Assembly: GCA_002773285.1 (NCBI GenBank)
Contig: PFBM01000021.1
Location: 14,312 to 78,311 of the forward strand
DNA from: Candidatus Kaiserbacteria bacterium CG10_big_fil_rev_8_21_14_0_10_59_10
Lineage (GTDB): Bacteria > Patescibacteriota > Minisyncoccia > Phycocordibacterales > UBA2100
Direction: 5' to 3'
Length of the DNA stretch: 64,000 nt
Under the pieces are notes generated by a model, which made no database searches, was not told the origin of the DNA, and worked only from the letters and a program-made list of their open reading frames with translations. This document shows positions 44,235-53,895 of the stretch, piece by piece; position 1 is the first letter of the stretch; every line of letters starts with the position of its first letter. The translations under genes and the position numbers were made by a program.

Positions 44235-44561
44235 TCATGCATCAAACAGATCTTTTTGCTCTGATTGCCGCGCCATTCTCGCACGCCTCTTGCGGGCCAA
44301 CCCCCGCTTTTGTCGCATGGCGCCAAATGCGAGTTTCTTCGCGGCTATCCAGTGTTCGCGCTTCACGCCGTAGCGCCGCGGGTCGAACCGGGAGCTTAAC
44401 AGCTCCTTCGAACCACGCAGGCTCTTCCATGTGAGCGCAGTTTCGAGCGGGCACGTGAATACGATCGCCACATCGCTGTAGACGATTACCTTCACCTCCT
44501 GCTCATCGGCGTATAGGATGCTGGCCACCTCATCCTCCTCGCGTTGCCCGGATGTACGCAA
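44235..44561 (-). CDS. Hypothetical protein (108 aa, basic C-terminus)
   Basis: ORF-track ORF with a downstream terminator. Confidence 0.4.
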   Translation of the reverse strand: MRTSGQREEDEVASILYADEQEVKVIVYSDVAIVFTCPLETALTWKSLRGSKELLSSRFDPRRYGVKREHWIAAKKLAFGAMRQKRGLARKRRARMARQSEQKDLFDA

Positions 44562-44601
44562 CGCACCTCTATGCCACTTTTTTAATTATACCATGGATAC
44601 T

Positions 44602-45057
44602 CTATTGGGACAAGATTCTCTGCACTGCCTCTTTCACCTCATTACCGTCGGCATTGCCGCCCAACTCTTTCATCCCCGCGCCGGTCAGTTTGCCCGCCCC
44701 TGATGCATCGGCGATACGTAGCTCGTCTTTCTTGGCGCGTGCCACTCGCTCTATCTCATCCCTGCTCGCCATCTGCGGCAAGTACTCCTCGACAATCGCC
44801 AGTTCGGCGCGCTCTTTATCGGCAAGCTCGGCACGGCCCCCTTTCTCATAGCTTTCCGCCGATTCTTTACGCTGCTTCGCGAGGCGCTTCAGCACCGTCA
44901 CCGCCTCCGCATCCGATAGTTCTTCTGTCGGCTTGCGTCCCTTTGCGACCAGCTCGTTCGTAAACGCTGCAAGGGCTCCCCGCAGCGTATCGACACGGAG
45001 CGCATCTTTCGATCTCATGGCGGCTACCATAGCCGCACGGATATCCGCTGTTATCAT
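44602..45057 (-). CDS. GatB/YqeY-domain protein
   Basis: MITADIRAAMVAAMRSKDALRVDTLRGALAAFTNE...EYLPQ...ELGGNADGNEVKEAVQRIL matches the YqeY family. The ORF-track ORF 44602..45519 has a spurious N-terminal extension. Confidence 0.75.
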   Translation of the reverse strand: MITADIRAAMVAAMRSKDALRVDTLRGALAAFTNELVAKGRKPTEELSDAEAVTVLKRLAKQRKESAESYEKGGRAELADKERAELAIVEEYLPQMASRDEIERVARAKKDELRIADASGAGKLTGAGMKELGGNADGNEVKEAVQRILSQ

Positions 45058-45087
45058 TCCGGAAGTGTAGCATGGTAGAATGACGCA

Positions 45088-46170
45088 ATGGAAGCGGCGA
45101 TAGTCGTTATACTGCTCGCCAACATAACGCTTTTGGCATACCTCATCTGGCGCGTGAGAAAGGGCGGCGGCGACGCATCGAGCCTCATGCTGCTCCAAAA
45201 TCAGCTGCAGGACCTGTCTCGTACAGTGGAGCAAAAGCTCGAGGGCGGCACGAACCGCATGTTCGAATCGATGAAGGCGCAGTTCGGCGAGTCGCAGCGC
45301 TTGGCATCGGATATCCGCGACTTGGTCGCAAAGCAGCTGACGGAAGTCGCGCGTGAGCAGACCAAAACCAACGAGGCCACCGCGCGCTTTATGACCATCG
45401 CGGAGCAGCTCGCGAATCTCGAAAAGGTATTGAAGCATCAGAAGCAGCGGGGGAACCTCGGCGAGGCCTCGCTTGAACTCATTTTGACGAATATCCTCGG
45501 CGGCTCGGGGACATTTCAAATGCAGTACCAGTTTCCCGGCGGAGAAACGGTCGACGCCGCCATATTCACTAAAGAAGGCATTATTCCCGTCGACGCTAAA
45601 TTTTCACTGGATAACTACAATCGGCTTCTGAGCGCGGTCGACGACGCGCAGCGCCTTGAGCTGGAGAAGGACTTCAAGAACGACCTCAAGCTTCGCATAG
45701 ATGAGTGCGCAAAATACGTGCGCGTGAAGGACGGCACGCTGCCGTTCGCGTTCATGTACATCCCGGCCGAAGCCATTTATTACGACCTTCTCATAAACGA
45801 GATAGGGTCGGTCAAGGTCAACACGCGGAATCTCATCGACTATGCGTACAACGAAAAGAAGGTGATCATCGTCTCGCCGACCACCTTTGCCGCGTATTTG
45901 CAATCGGTGCTCTACGGCTTTAAAGCATTCAAGATCGAGGAAACGGCAAAAGACATCGCGAAGAACGTCGAGAACTTGTCGCGGCACCTAAAGGCGTATG
46001 AGGATTATTACAAAAAACTCGGCTCCTCTCTCTCGACGACGGTAAACCACTACAACGCCGGCTCGAAGGAGCTCGGAAAGATCGACAAGGACGTACTGCG
46101 CATTACCGGTGAATCCGCAGCGCTTGACGCGCCTCTTTTAGAGAAGCCCGCGCTTGCCGACGAGAGATAA
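45088..46170 (+). CDS. rmuC: DNA recombination protein RmuC
   Basis: N-terminal TM + long coiled-coil, then C-terminal PD-(D/E)XK-like region (IPVDAKFSLDNY...FAFMYIPAEAIYY). Confidence 0.8.
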   Translation: MEAAIVVILLANITLLAYLIWRVRKGGGDASSLMLLQNQLQDLSRTVEQKLEGGTNRMFESMKAQFGESQRLASDIRDLVAKQLTEVAREQTKTNEATARFMTIAEQLANLEKVLKHQKQRGNLGEASLELILTNILGGSGTFQMQYQFPGGETVDAAIFTKEGIIPVDAKFSLDNYNRLLSAVDDAQRLELEKDFKNDLKLRIDECAKYVRVKDGTLPFAFMYIPAEAIYYDLLINEIGSVKVNTRNLIDYAYNEKKVIIVSPTTFAAYLQSVLYGFKAFKIEETAKDIAKNVENLSRHLKAYEDYYKKLGSSLSTTVNHYNAGSKELGKIDKDVLRITGESAALDAPLLEKPALADER

Positions 46171-46191
46171 ACCAAGTATAGTGCCGCCACT

Positions 46192-46509
46192 ATGGCAAAA
46201 ATAGCCGTTATAGAAACGGGCGGGAAGCAGTACGTCGTGATGACCGATAGTATCGTGACGATAGAGAAGCTGGCGGAAGGGGAGCCGGGGACAAAGGTAA
46301 CCTTCGATAAGGTCCTTCTTACCGACGATGGTGCGAAGACCGCGGTCGGGGCCCCGTATATAGCCGGCGCGGTCGTTACGGGTGAGTTGGTCGCGGAGAA
46401 CAAGGCGAAGAAAGTAACGGTCATCCGATACAGGCAGAAAAGCCGTTCATTTAAGAAGAAGGGGCACCGTCAGACGCAGGCGAAGGTACGCATAACCAAG
46501 CTGCCCTAG
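46192..46509 (+). CDS. rplU: 50S ribosomal protein L21
   Basis: MAKIAVIETGGKQYVV...VIRYRQKSRSFKKKGHRQTQAKVRI, near-canonical L21. Confidence 0.9.
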   Translation: MAKIAVIETGGKQYVVMTDSIVTIEKLAEGEPGTKVTFDKVLLTDDGAKTAVGAPYIAGAVVTGELVAENKAKKVTVIRYRQKSRSFKKKGHRQTQAKVRITKLP

Positions 46510-46529
46510 GCGCCCGAGCGGGCGGCGCG

Positions 46530-47141
46530 TCAGCGCCTGTTCTCGAGCGCGCTTTTGAGTGTCTCGGCATCCGCATACTCCAACTCGCTGCCCGTCGAAA
46601 GGCCCCGCCCGAGCATCGTTATCTTCCATCCGTGCCGCGCCGCAAGCGCGGCAAGCGCGTCGCGGACATGAATGGCCGTGTAGTCGCCTTCTGGATTCGC
46701 CGGCAGGGCTAGAATGACCTCACGCAGGCCTGCCGATGCGCGCTCCTGTGCACGCGAGAGGAGTTCGCGCTCGCGCAGCGCCTTGGCCTTCTCGCTCGCA
46801 AGGGAGATGGTCCCTCCGAGCACGAAGTAATGGCCGCGATACGTGCCACTTCGCTCCAGGGCGGCGAGGTCCGCGTCGCTGGAGACCACGGCAAGCATCG
46901 ACGCGTCGCGTGCGGGATCGGCGCATAGCGCGCAGAGCCCCTTCGCGCCGGCGTGGTAGCGCATGCACGCATCGCACTGGTTGACGGTTGCGCCGAGTGC
47001 GCGTATCGAGTCGGCCAATTCGCGCCGCATAGAAGGCGAAGAGCGCAGCAAGAATTGCACGAACCGGTGCGCCTGGCGGGGTCCGATGCCGGGAAAGCGC
47101 GCAAACAACGTCGCTAACTTATCGAGCGCATCCATGTGCAT
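46530..47141 (-). CDS. recR: Recombination protein RecR
   Basis: LATLFARFPGIGPRQAHRFVQFLL (HhH); CDACMRY...C zinc finger; Toprim. Confidence 0.85.
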   Translation of the reverse strand: MHMDALDKLATLFARFPGIGPRQAHRFVQFLLRSSPSMRRELADSIRALGATVNQCDACMRYHAGAKGLCALCADPARDASMLAVVSSDADLAALERSGTYRGHYFVLGGTISLASEKAKALRERELLSRAQERASAGLREVILALPANPEGDYTAIHVRDALAALAARHGWKITMLGRGLSTGSELEYADAETLKSALENRR

Positions 47142-48517
47142 TAAAAGGGCTGCTCCACCTCCGCCTCTGGAGTAAAGTCGCCGAAATCGCTTTTCTCGAG
47201 TGAAATGAACGTGGTTTTCTCCTCATCAAAGCGAAGGTCAATTTTGCCAACCGGGCCGTTGCGATGCTTCTCGACGAGTATTTCCGCAATGCCCGTGCGT
47301 TCGCCTCCGTCCTGCATCTTATCCTCGCGATGAATGAACATGACGACATCGGCATCCTGCTCTATTGAGCCCGAGTCGCGCAGGTCGGAGAGGCGCGGCT
47401 TTCCGCGCCGCTGCTCGACGGCGCGCGACAGCTGCGAAAGTGCAAGGACCGGCACGTCCAGCTCGCGCGCCATCGCCTTAAGTGAACGGGAGATTTCCGT
47501 CACCTGCTGTACGAGCGAATCGGACGAGCGGGTGGTTGAAGGCGTAATGAGCTGCAAGTAATCCACGATGACGAGGCCGAGGCCCTTTTCCATTTTGAGC
47601 CGTCGTGCGACAGAGCGCATCGTGAGTACCGTTGAGGACGGCTTATCATCGATAAATATTGGCGCGTCGGAAAGCGTCGCAATGGCGTGCTGCAGACGCT
47701 CGTACTCATCATCTTTAGATATCTTGCCCGTGCGCAGCCGCCATGAATTGACGCGGGCCTCTGCGGCGAGCATGCGGTCAACCAGCTGCTGGGAACTCAT
47801 CTCGAGCGAGAAAATGCCCACCGCCGTGTTGTGTTTGGTCGCGCTCTGACGCGCGATGTCGAGCGCGAGGGCGGTTTTACCCATGGAAGGGCGGGCAGCG
47901 AGTATGACAAGGTCCGAGCGCTGCAGTCCTGCGAGCAAGTTGTCGAGCTGTGGGAAGCCCGTCGGTACGCCGCGTATCGAACCGTCATGCTGCTGCAGCT
48001 GCTCCAAACGCTCCCACGCGTCGCTGAGTGACTCCTTGATGGTAGAGAATGTCCGCAGGCTCGGCGCGTTCGCGACGGCGAACACCGCTTGCTGCGCCTC
48101 ATCAAGTATCTGTTCTATCTCTCTATCCTCGGCAAACCCGAGTTCGGCGATGCGCCCAGCGACGTCAATAAGAGAGCGCAGTACGTACTTCGACTGCACG
48201 TTCTCCGCATAGTGGCGCGCGCTACCCGGAGAAGCCGCGGTAGACACCAATTCAGACAGGTATGCGCCGCCGCCGATACCCGCAAGCTGCTTTCGTTCCT
48301 TCAGTTTGCCCGAAAGCGTCACGAGGTCGATCGGCTCGCCCTTGCCGTGGAGCGCGAGCATCGCGTCGAAGATAGTGCGGTGCTTGCCTGCATAGAATGA
48401 ATCAACGCCGACGACGTCCGCGACCTCGAACATCGCATTCGGGTTAAGCATGAGGGCGCCGAGGAGCGCGCGCTCCATATCAACATCCTGCGGTGGGACT
48501 CGAGCGCTTTGTGCCAT
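47141..48517 (-). CDS. dnaB: Replicative DNA helicase DnaB
   Basis: PQDVDMERALLGALMLNPNAMFEV N-domain; RecA-like core (ILAARPSMGKTALAL; Walker B VIVDYLQLI). Confidence 0.9.
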   Translation of the reverse strand: MAQSARVPPQDVDMERALLGALMLNPNAMFEVADVVGVDSFYAGKHRTIFDAMLALHGKGEPIDLVTLSGKLKERKQLAGIGGGAYLSELVSTAASPGSARHYAENVQSKYVLRSLIDVAGRIAELGFAEDREIEQILDEAQQAVFAVANAPSLRTFSTIKESLSDAWERLEQLQQHDGSIRGVPTGFPQLDNLLAGLQRSDLVILAARPSMGKTALALDIARQSATKHNTAVGIFSLEMSSQQLVDRMLAAEARVNSWRLRTGKISKDDEYERLQHAIATLSDAPIFIDDKPSSTVLTMRSVARRLKMEKGLGLVIVDYLQLITPSTTRSSDSLVQQVTEISRSLKAMARELDVPVLALSQLSRAVEQRRGKPRLSDLRDSGSIEQDADVVMFIHREDKMQDGGERTGIAEILVEKHRNGPVGKIDLRFDEEKTTFISLEKSDFGDFTPEAEVEQPF

Positions 48518-48614
48518 AGCACGATTCTATCACCAAGCGCCCCCACGCACATGCGCGGCACGCGCCGCCATGTGGGACTTACGTGTGGACAATGCGGCAC
48601 TCAGCCGTATAGAT

Positions 48615-48643
48615 TTGACAAGGGCGAAGGCGCCTGCTAAAAC
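48615..48643 (+). promoter_or_regulatory. Sigma-70-like promoter candidate (TTGACA-N17-TAAAAC) upstream of 48696 in the dnaB/48696 divergent region
   Basis: Read directly: ttgacaagggcgaaggcgcctgctaaaac; about 50 nt upstream of the ATG. Confidence 0.3.
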
Positions 48644-48695
48644 TACGTCACGCATAAAGACATTTGTCATAAAAACAGTCAAATCCACCATCGCT

Positions 48696-49718
48696 ATGCT
48701 TCAATTCACTACGCGCAGCGTCACGAAAGAGCTCCTTTCCTCTCTGCCTGAACGCTCACGGCGAGTCGTTGCAGAGCGTTTTGGCCTCGGCACGAGCGCG
48801 CGGCGGCGCACGCTGGAGGCAATTGGCAAGGAGTATGGGGTGACACGGGAGCGCATACGCCAGATAGAGAACCACTCCCTCGCAATGGTCCGAGAATCGG
48901 AGGCATACGGCCGCAACATGCACGCGATCGATGACCTCAAGCGCGCCGTGCATGAGCTCGGCAGCATCGTATCCGAGACGGCTGCTCTGGCCGCTCTCGC
49001 TACGTCGGAGGCCGAACGCAACCATGTGCTCTTTCTTCTCACGGTAGGGCACCACTTCGAGCACAGGCCGGATAATCCCGACTTTCACGCACGCTGGCAC
49101 GTGGACCCGGCGCTTGCCGAGGCGGTAGAGCGCTCGCTTTCGCGCTTGCATGAGGAGCTGAGCGCCGAGCGGCTCGTTCCAGAGAGTGATTTTGTGCAGC
49201 AGTTCGTACGCATTCTGAAAGAGGAGGGTGTGCGTGCACGTTCCGAAGAGGCGCCGTCTCGCTGGCTTGCCATTGCCAAGCGTATTGCGCGCAACCCGCT
49301 TGGTGAGTGGGGTAGGAGCGATTCGCCGCACGTGCGCATCAAGAACACGCGTGACTTTGCGTACCTCACACTGAAGCGTCACGGCTCACCCATGCACTTT
49401 ACCGAAGTGGCGAAGGGCATTCGCGAGCTGTTCGATAGGAACGCGCACCCCGCAACAACGCACAATGAACTTATTAAGGACAGCCGATTTGTGTTGGTCG
49501 GGCGCGGCCTGTACGCCCTTAAGGAATGGGGGTACGCGCCCGGCGTCGTGCGCGAGGTCATCAAGAACATCATCGCGGAAGAGGGTCCGCTGTTGCGCGA
49601 AGACATAATCGAGCGTGTGAAGCGCGAGCGCTACGTCAAAGACGCAACTATTGCCGTGAATCTCCAGAGCGACGCCTTCACGCGCGGCGCGGACGGCCGC
49701 TACAGCATCGCCTCATAG
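48696..49718 (+). CDS. Protein with an N-terminal sigma-70 region-4-like HTH domain fused to an uncharacterised C-terminal domain of about 270 aa
   Basis: LSSLPERSRRVVAERFGLGTSARRRTLEAIGKEYGVTRERIRQIENHSLAMVR is a close match to sigma-70 region 4.2. The rest is unassigned. Confidence 0.6.
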   Translation: MLQFTTRSVTKELLSSLPERSRRVVAERFGLGTSARRRTLEAIGKEYGVTRERIRQIENHSLAMVRESEAYGRNMHAIDDLKRAVHELGSIVSETAALAALATSEAERNHVLFLLTVGHHFEHRPDNPDFHARWHVDPALAEAVERSLSRLHEELSAERLVPESDFVQQFVRILKEEGVRARSEEAPSRWLAIAKRIARNPLGEWGRSDSPHVRIKNTRDFAYLTLKRHGSPMHFTEVAKGIRELFDRNAHPATTHNELIKDSRFVLVGRGLYALKEWGYAPGVVREVIKNIIAEEGPLLREDIIERVKRERYVKDATIAVNLQSDAFTRGADGRYSIAS

Positions 49719-49784
49719 CCGCGTTGTCCGCAGACAAGCCCGCTTCCATGCGGAAAGTGCGCACAGGACTGGTATGATAGTGCG

Positions 49785-51215
49785 ATGGCGGAAGAGGAAA
49801 AGCAATCCGTGCTGGACAGGATGATACAGTCGTTTACCGGCTGGGTGGGCAGGCGCATCGATGCCCTAGCGAAACCGGGCAAGCCGCACGGATATTTCGA
49901 CGCATGGGTCGAGTGGATAGGTGACTGGGGGGTCTCGCGCGGACTCGCGCTCATAGTCATCTATGTACTCCTTTTTTCGGCGGCGTCTTCACTGGTACCG
50001 GCTCTTCCCGTACTGGTGTGGAGCTGGATATTCGCAACGGCGCCGATATGGATACCCGTTGCCTCTATCATCGCCCTCACGCGCATTTGGATGTGGTACG
50101 TGAATACGCAGTACCTTGCAACGCGAAAACCAGTGCTGCTCGATATCCGCATGCCGCGCGAGGTCACAAAGTCGCCGCGGGCGATGGAAACAGCCCTTTC
50201 GCAGTTTTACACTACGTCGAATGAGACGACCTTTATCATGCGATGGTGGGAGGGGAAAATGCGGCCCTGGTTCTCCTTCGAGCTCGCGTCGTTCGGTGGC
50301 GACGTGCATTTCTACCTCTGGTGCTGGCGAGAATACAAGAACGTGCTCGAAACGCAATTGTATGCGCAGTATCCGGAGATCGAGATACACGAGGCCGAAG
50401 ATTACGCATCACGTTTTGTCTACGATCCATCCGTGTACGAAGTGTGGGGAAACCAGTATGCGTACGATAAGCGCTCCGATGGGCGCGACCCGGCGCCATA
50501 TCCGATCCGCTCGTACATAGACCTAGAACTCGACAAGGACCCGAAGGAAGAGTTCAAAGTAGACCCTCTTGCACAGGTTATCGAGGTCTTTAGCAGTTTG
50601 AAAGGAAGCGAGATGGCGTGGATGCAAATTCTCATACGCGCCAACAAGGAGAGCGAGACGGGTTTCCAGAAGCTGGTAAAAGCGGAGGTTGAGCACATAC
50701 GCAAGGAGGCATCCATACAGCCGACCGGGGAGCATCTGGAGCCGGGCGAAGAGGCGCGGCGCGGCTTTCCGCACCCGACGTGGCGGCAGACAGAGCAGAT
50801 ACGGGCTCTCGAGCGGCACGCAAGCAAGAAAACATTCACTGTCGGCATACGCACGCTCTATGCGGCAAAACACGAAGAGTTTAGCGGCACAACGCGCTCC
50901 GCCATACGGTGGGTATTTCTGCCATTCAATAGCGACCACCTAAACGGCCTACGCCCGGGAAAGTGGCACAACGACTTCGATTATCCGTGGCAGGATTTCC
51001 GCAATATCCGCTGGAGAAGGCAGGCGCGCCGCTTTTTCGATGCGTACCGCCGGCGTTCCTATTTCTACACGCCGTGGATAACACCCTTTTTTATTATGAG
51101 CACCGAGGCGCTCGCGACGATCTACCATCCGCCGAGCCGCACGATAGCCGCGCCCGGTTTGCAGCGCATTCCGTCCACAAAGGCCGAGCCGCCGCCGAAT
51201 TTGCCGCTTCGGTGA
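49785..51215 (+). CDS. Large membrane protein (two N-terminal TM helices + about 370-aa Trp/Tyr-rich cytoplasmic domain), hypothetical
   Basis: TM1 LALIVIYVLLFSAASSLV, TM2 PVLVWSWIFATAPIWIPVASIIAL, then a soluble domain with no recognised motifs. Confidence 0.5.
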   Translation: MAEEEKQSVLDRMIQSFTGWVGRRIDALAKPGKPHGYFDAWVEWIGDWGVSRGLALIVIYVLLFSAASSLVPALPVLVWSWIFATAPIWIPVASIIALTRIWMWYVNTQYLATRKPVLLDIRMPREVTKSPRAMETALSQFYTTSNETTFIMRWWEGKMRPWFSFELASFGGDVHFYLWCWREYKNVLETQLYAQYPEIEIHEAEDYASRFVYDPSVYEVWGNQYAYDKRSDGRDPAPYPIRSYIDLELDKDPKEEFKVDPLAQVIEVFSSLKGSEMAWMQILIRANKESETGFQKLVKAEVEHIRKEASIQPTGEHLEPGEEARRGFPHPTWRQTEQIRALERHASKKTFTVGIRTLYAAKHEEFSGTTRSAIRWVFLPFNSDHLNGLRPGKWHNDFDYPWQDFRNIRWRRQARRFFDAYRRRSYFYTPWITPFFIMSTEALATIYHPPSRTIAAPGLQRIPSTKAEPPPNLPLR

Positions 51216-51258
51216 TGTGCCGTATGCAACCCATGCGTATAAGCGCCCGCAGCTCTCT

Positions 51259-52302
51259 ATGAGTGAAGATAAGAAACTGGAAGAGGCATTCGAGGAGTAC
51301 ATGGACGGCACTCTTTCGCGCTGGTCGCGCGCGGAGGAGTATCTCAGCCGCAATGCGAACAGACGCACTGCCGCCATCCTTCTCGCCGTCTTCGTGTTCG
51401 CGCTTGCGCTGTACACATCCGTATTCTCGCCACCGCACGATTTTCCTACCGAGGCGATCGTCGATGTGCCGCAGGGCGCATCGGTGCGCGACATCGCAGA
51501 GACGCTCGAGCGCGAGAGGATCGTACGCTCCGCGCTGTGGTTCCGGCTACTCGTGCGCTTCACGGGCAACGAGCGGAGCTTGCACGCGGGAGAGTATTTG
51601 TTCGAGGAACCGACGGGCCTATGGGGCGTAGCGCAGGCGCTCTCCCACGGCCGCTACGGTATGGAACCGCGGCGCGTACGAATACCGGAGGGCGCGATGG
51701 TGCGCGATATAGCCGAGCTCTTGGACGAGGAGTTGTTGCGATTCGATAAAGAGCTCTTTACGGCGAAAGCGCTCCCGTACGAGGGCCGCCTCTTTCCGGA
51801 CACGTACTTTTTCCTGCCAAGCGCGAACGAAGATACTGTGCTTGAGGCACTGCGGCAAAACTTCGATGCACAGCTTGCTCAGCTTGAGGAAGAAATTGCG
51901 GCGTTCGGACGCCCGCTCGAGGAGGTGCTCATCATGGCATCGATACTGGAGCGCGAAGCGCGCGACCACGAGGACAGAAGGCGGATAGCCGGCGTCTTGT
52001 GGCGACGGCTTGACGAAGACATGCTGCTGCAGGTCGATGCCGTTTTTCTCTACTCGATCGGGCGCTCGACGTTCCAGCTCACATTGGAAGACCTGCGCTC
52101 CGATTCGCCCTACAACACGTATCGCTACAAAGGCCTCCCGCCCACGCCCATCGGCAGTCCGAGCCTCAGCTCCATACGTGCCGCCATCACCCCGATAGAC
52201 GGCGGATACTACTACTATCTTGCGGACAATACCGGCGTTACGCACTACAGCAGGACGTACGAAGAGCATCTGCGGAAAAAGAGATTGTATCTTGGAACAT
52301 AG
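51259..52302 (+). CDS. mltG: Endolytic murein transglycosylase MltG (YceG-like)
   Basis: N-terminal TM, LysM-like (PQGASVRDIAETL), YceG core (FPDTYFF...; ILEREAR; YNTYRYKGLPPTPIGSPS). Confidence 0.8.
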   Translation: MSEDKKLEEAFEEYMDGTLSRWSRAEEYLSRNANRRTAAILLAVFVFALALYTSVFSPPHDFPTEAIVDVPQGASVRDIAETLERERIVRSALWFRLLVRFTGNERSLHAGEYLFEEPTGLWGVAQALSHGRYGMEPRRVRIPEGAMVRDIAELLDEELLRFDKELFTAKALPYEGRLFPDTYFFLPSANEDTVLEALRQNFDAQLAQLEEEIAAFGRPLEEVLIMASILEREARDHEDRRRIAGVLWRRLDEDMLLQVDAVFLYSIGRSTFQLTLEDLRSDSPYNTYRYKGLPPTPIGSPSLSSIRAAITPIDGGYYYYLADNTGVTHYSRTYEEHLRKKRLYLGT

Positions 52303-52371
52303 CTACGAAGCGGGGTCTATGACCGATGCAGTGCTTGCATTCGAGGTCGGGGGACTACAAGCTACGGGTCT

Positions 52372-53418
52372 ATGCGCGTGTATGTAGGACTCTCCGGCGG
52401 CGTCGATTCGGCTGTGGCCGCCGCGCTCTTGAAAAAAGCGGGGCACACAGTAGTGGGTTGCTTTATCAAGATATGGCAGCCCGAGTTTATCGAGTGCGCA
52501 TGGCGAAAGGACCGCGTTGATGCCATGCGCGTGTGCGTCGCTCTCGGTATCCCGATGCGGGAACTCGATCTGTCGGAGGAGTACAAACGCGACATTGTCG
52601 GATACATGCGTGAGGCCTACGCGATGGGCTGTACGCCGAACCCCGATGCGTTGTGTAACCGCTCCATCAAATTTGGCGCGTTCGCAGCGTGGGCTCGGCG
52701 CGAGGGAGCGGAGTGCATTGCGACAGGCCACTATGCGCGAATACTGCAAGAAGGCGGACGGCATGCGCTCTACAGGGGAAAAGATTTGCAAAAAGACCAG
52801 TCGTATTTCTTATGGATGCTGCGCGAGAGAGACCTTGCGTTTGCGCAATTTCCGCTCGGCGGCATGCGAAAGAGCGATGTGCGTGCACTCGCGAAACGCT
52901 ATGCGCTACCAGTCGCCGATAAGCCCGACAGTCAGGGACTGTGCTTCGTGGGAGAGGTATCGATGCGCGATTTTTTGTCACGCTTCATCCGAGTAGAAAA
53001 GGGATCCGTGCTTGACGAATCCGGCCGTTCGATAGGGGCACATGACGGCGCGGCACTCTATACCATCGGGCAGCGCCACGGATTCCGCCTCTTCAGTAGA
53101 GAGGCGGCTTCTGTGCCCGCGTACGTCTCGAGTACGAGCGTATCCGACAATACGATAACGGTGACTAGGGACAGGGAACGGTGCATGACTACATGCGTGA
53201 CCATTCGCTCCATGCACTGGCTCGCAGGCGAGCCGCCTCGCTTCCTGCATGCGCATGCGCAGCTTCGCTACCGAGAGGCGCCGGTAGGAGTCGCGTGTAC
53301 CCGTGTGAATGATTCTGCGTTTCAGCTGCAGCTGGAGAAGCCGCGCATCGCCGCGCGTGGCCAATCGCTCGTCCTGTATGAGGGCGAGAGAATCCTAGGT
53401 GGAGGCATCATTGCATAG
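52372..53418 (+). CDS. mnmA: tRNA-specific 2-thiouridylase MnmA
   Basis: VYVGLSGGVDSAVAAALL (PP-loop SGGxDS); CNRSIKFGAF; catalytic Cys. Confidence 0.9.
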   Translation: MRVYVGLSGGVDSAVAAALLKKAGHTVVGCFIKIWQPEFIECAWRKDRVDAMRVCVALGIPMRELDLSEEYKRDIVGYMREAYAMGCTPNPDALCNRSIKFGAFAAWARREGAECIATGHYARILQEGGRHALYRGKDLQKDQSYFLWMLRERDLAFAQFPLGGMRKSDVRALAKRYALPVADKPDSQGLCFVGEVSMRDFLSRFIRVEKGSVLDESGRSIGAHDGAALYTIGQRHGFRLFSREAASVPAYVSSTSVSDNTITVTRDRERCMTTCVTIRSMHWLAGEPPRFLHAHAQLRYREAPVGVACTRVNDSAFQLQLEKPRIAARGQSLVLYEGERILGGGIIA

Positions 53419-53469
53419 CATCGCGAGACCTGTGGAAAGTACGCACCATATACATAGAGTGCGCGTATA

Positions 53470-53895
53470 ATGCGCGTAATGTCTGAAGTGTTTCTACGCG
53501 TCATGTGGCTCGCGCTTATCGCGGGTGCACTCGCATATGCCGCATATCTTTTTCTCGGAAGTACGATCCTTGCGCAAGCTGAAGATTCCTTGGCGCACGT
53601 CATCGTGCGCGACACCATCGAGGACGGCGTACACCGCCTTTCCGGCATGGTGATGGTGCCGTCGGACTGCCACGGCATCAGCGTGCGCGTCCACCAGAGT
53701 GACGCAAGCGAATACGCGCTTTCGATATCGACATGGATCGACCCGACGCGTGTATGCGAGCCGGAGCCGACGGCGCGCGCGTTCCGCGTCGTTACATTCG
53801 CGCCGCCCGTCGGCACCGCGTTCACCGCCACGCTCGACGGCAGTCCCATACCGCTTACCGTGTTGACGCACCACATTCGCTCCCATGACCGCTAA
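53470..53895 (+). CDS. Membrane-anchored hypothetical protein (N-terminal TM + about 110-aa external domain with a Cys pair)
   Basis: VMWLALIAGALAYAAYLFL TM. No family assigned. Confidence 0.4.
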   Translation: MRVMSEVFLRVMWLALIAGALAYAAYLFLGSTILAQAEDSLAHVIVRDTIEDGVHRLSGMVMVPSDCHGISVRVHQSDASEYALSISTWIDPTRVCEPEPTARAFRVVTFAPPVGTAFTATLDGSPIPLTVLTHHIRSHDR

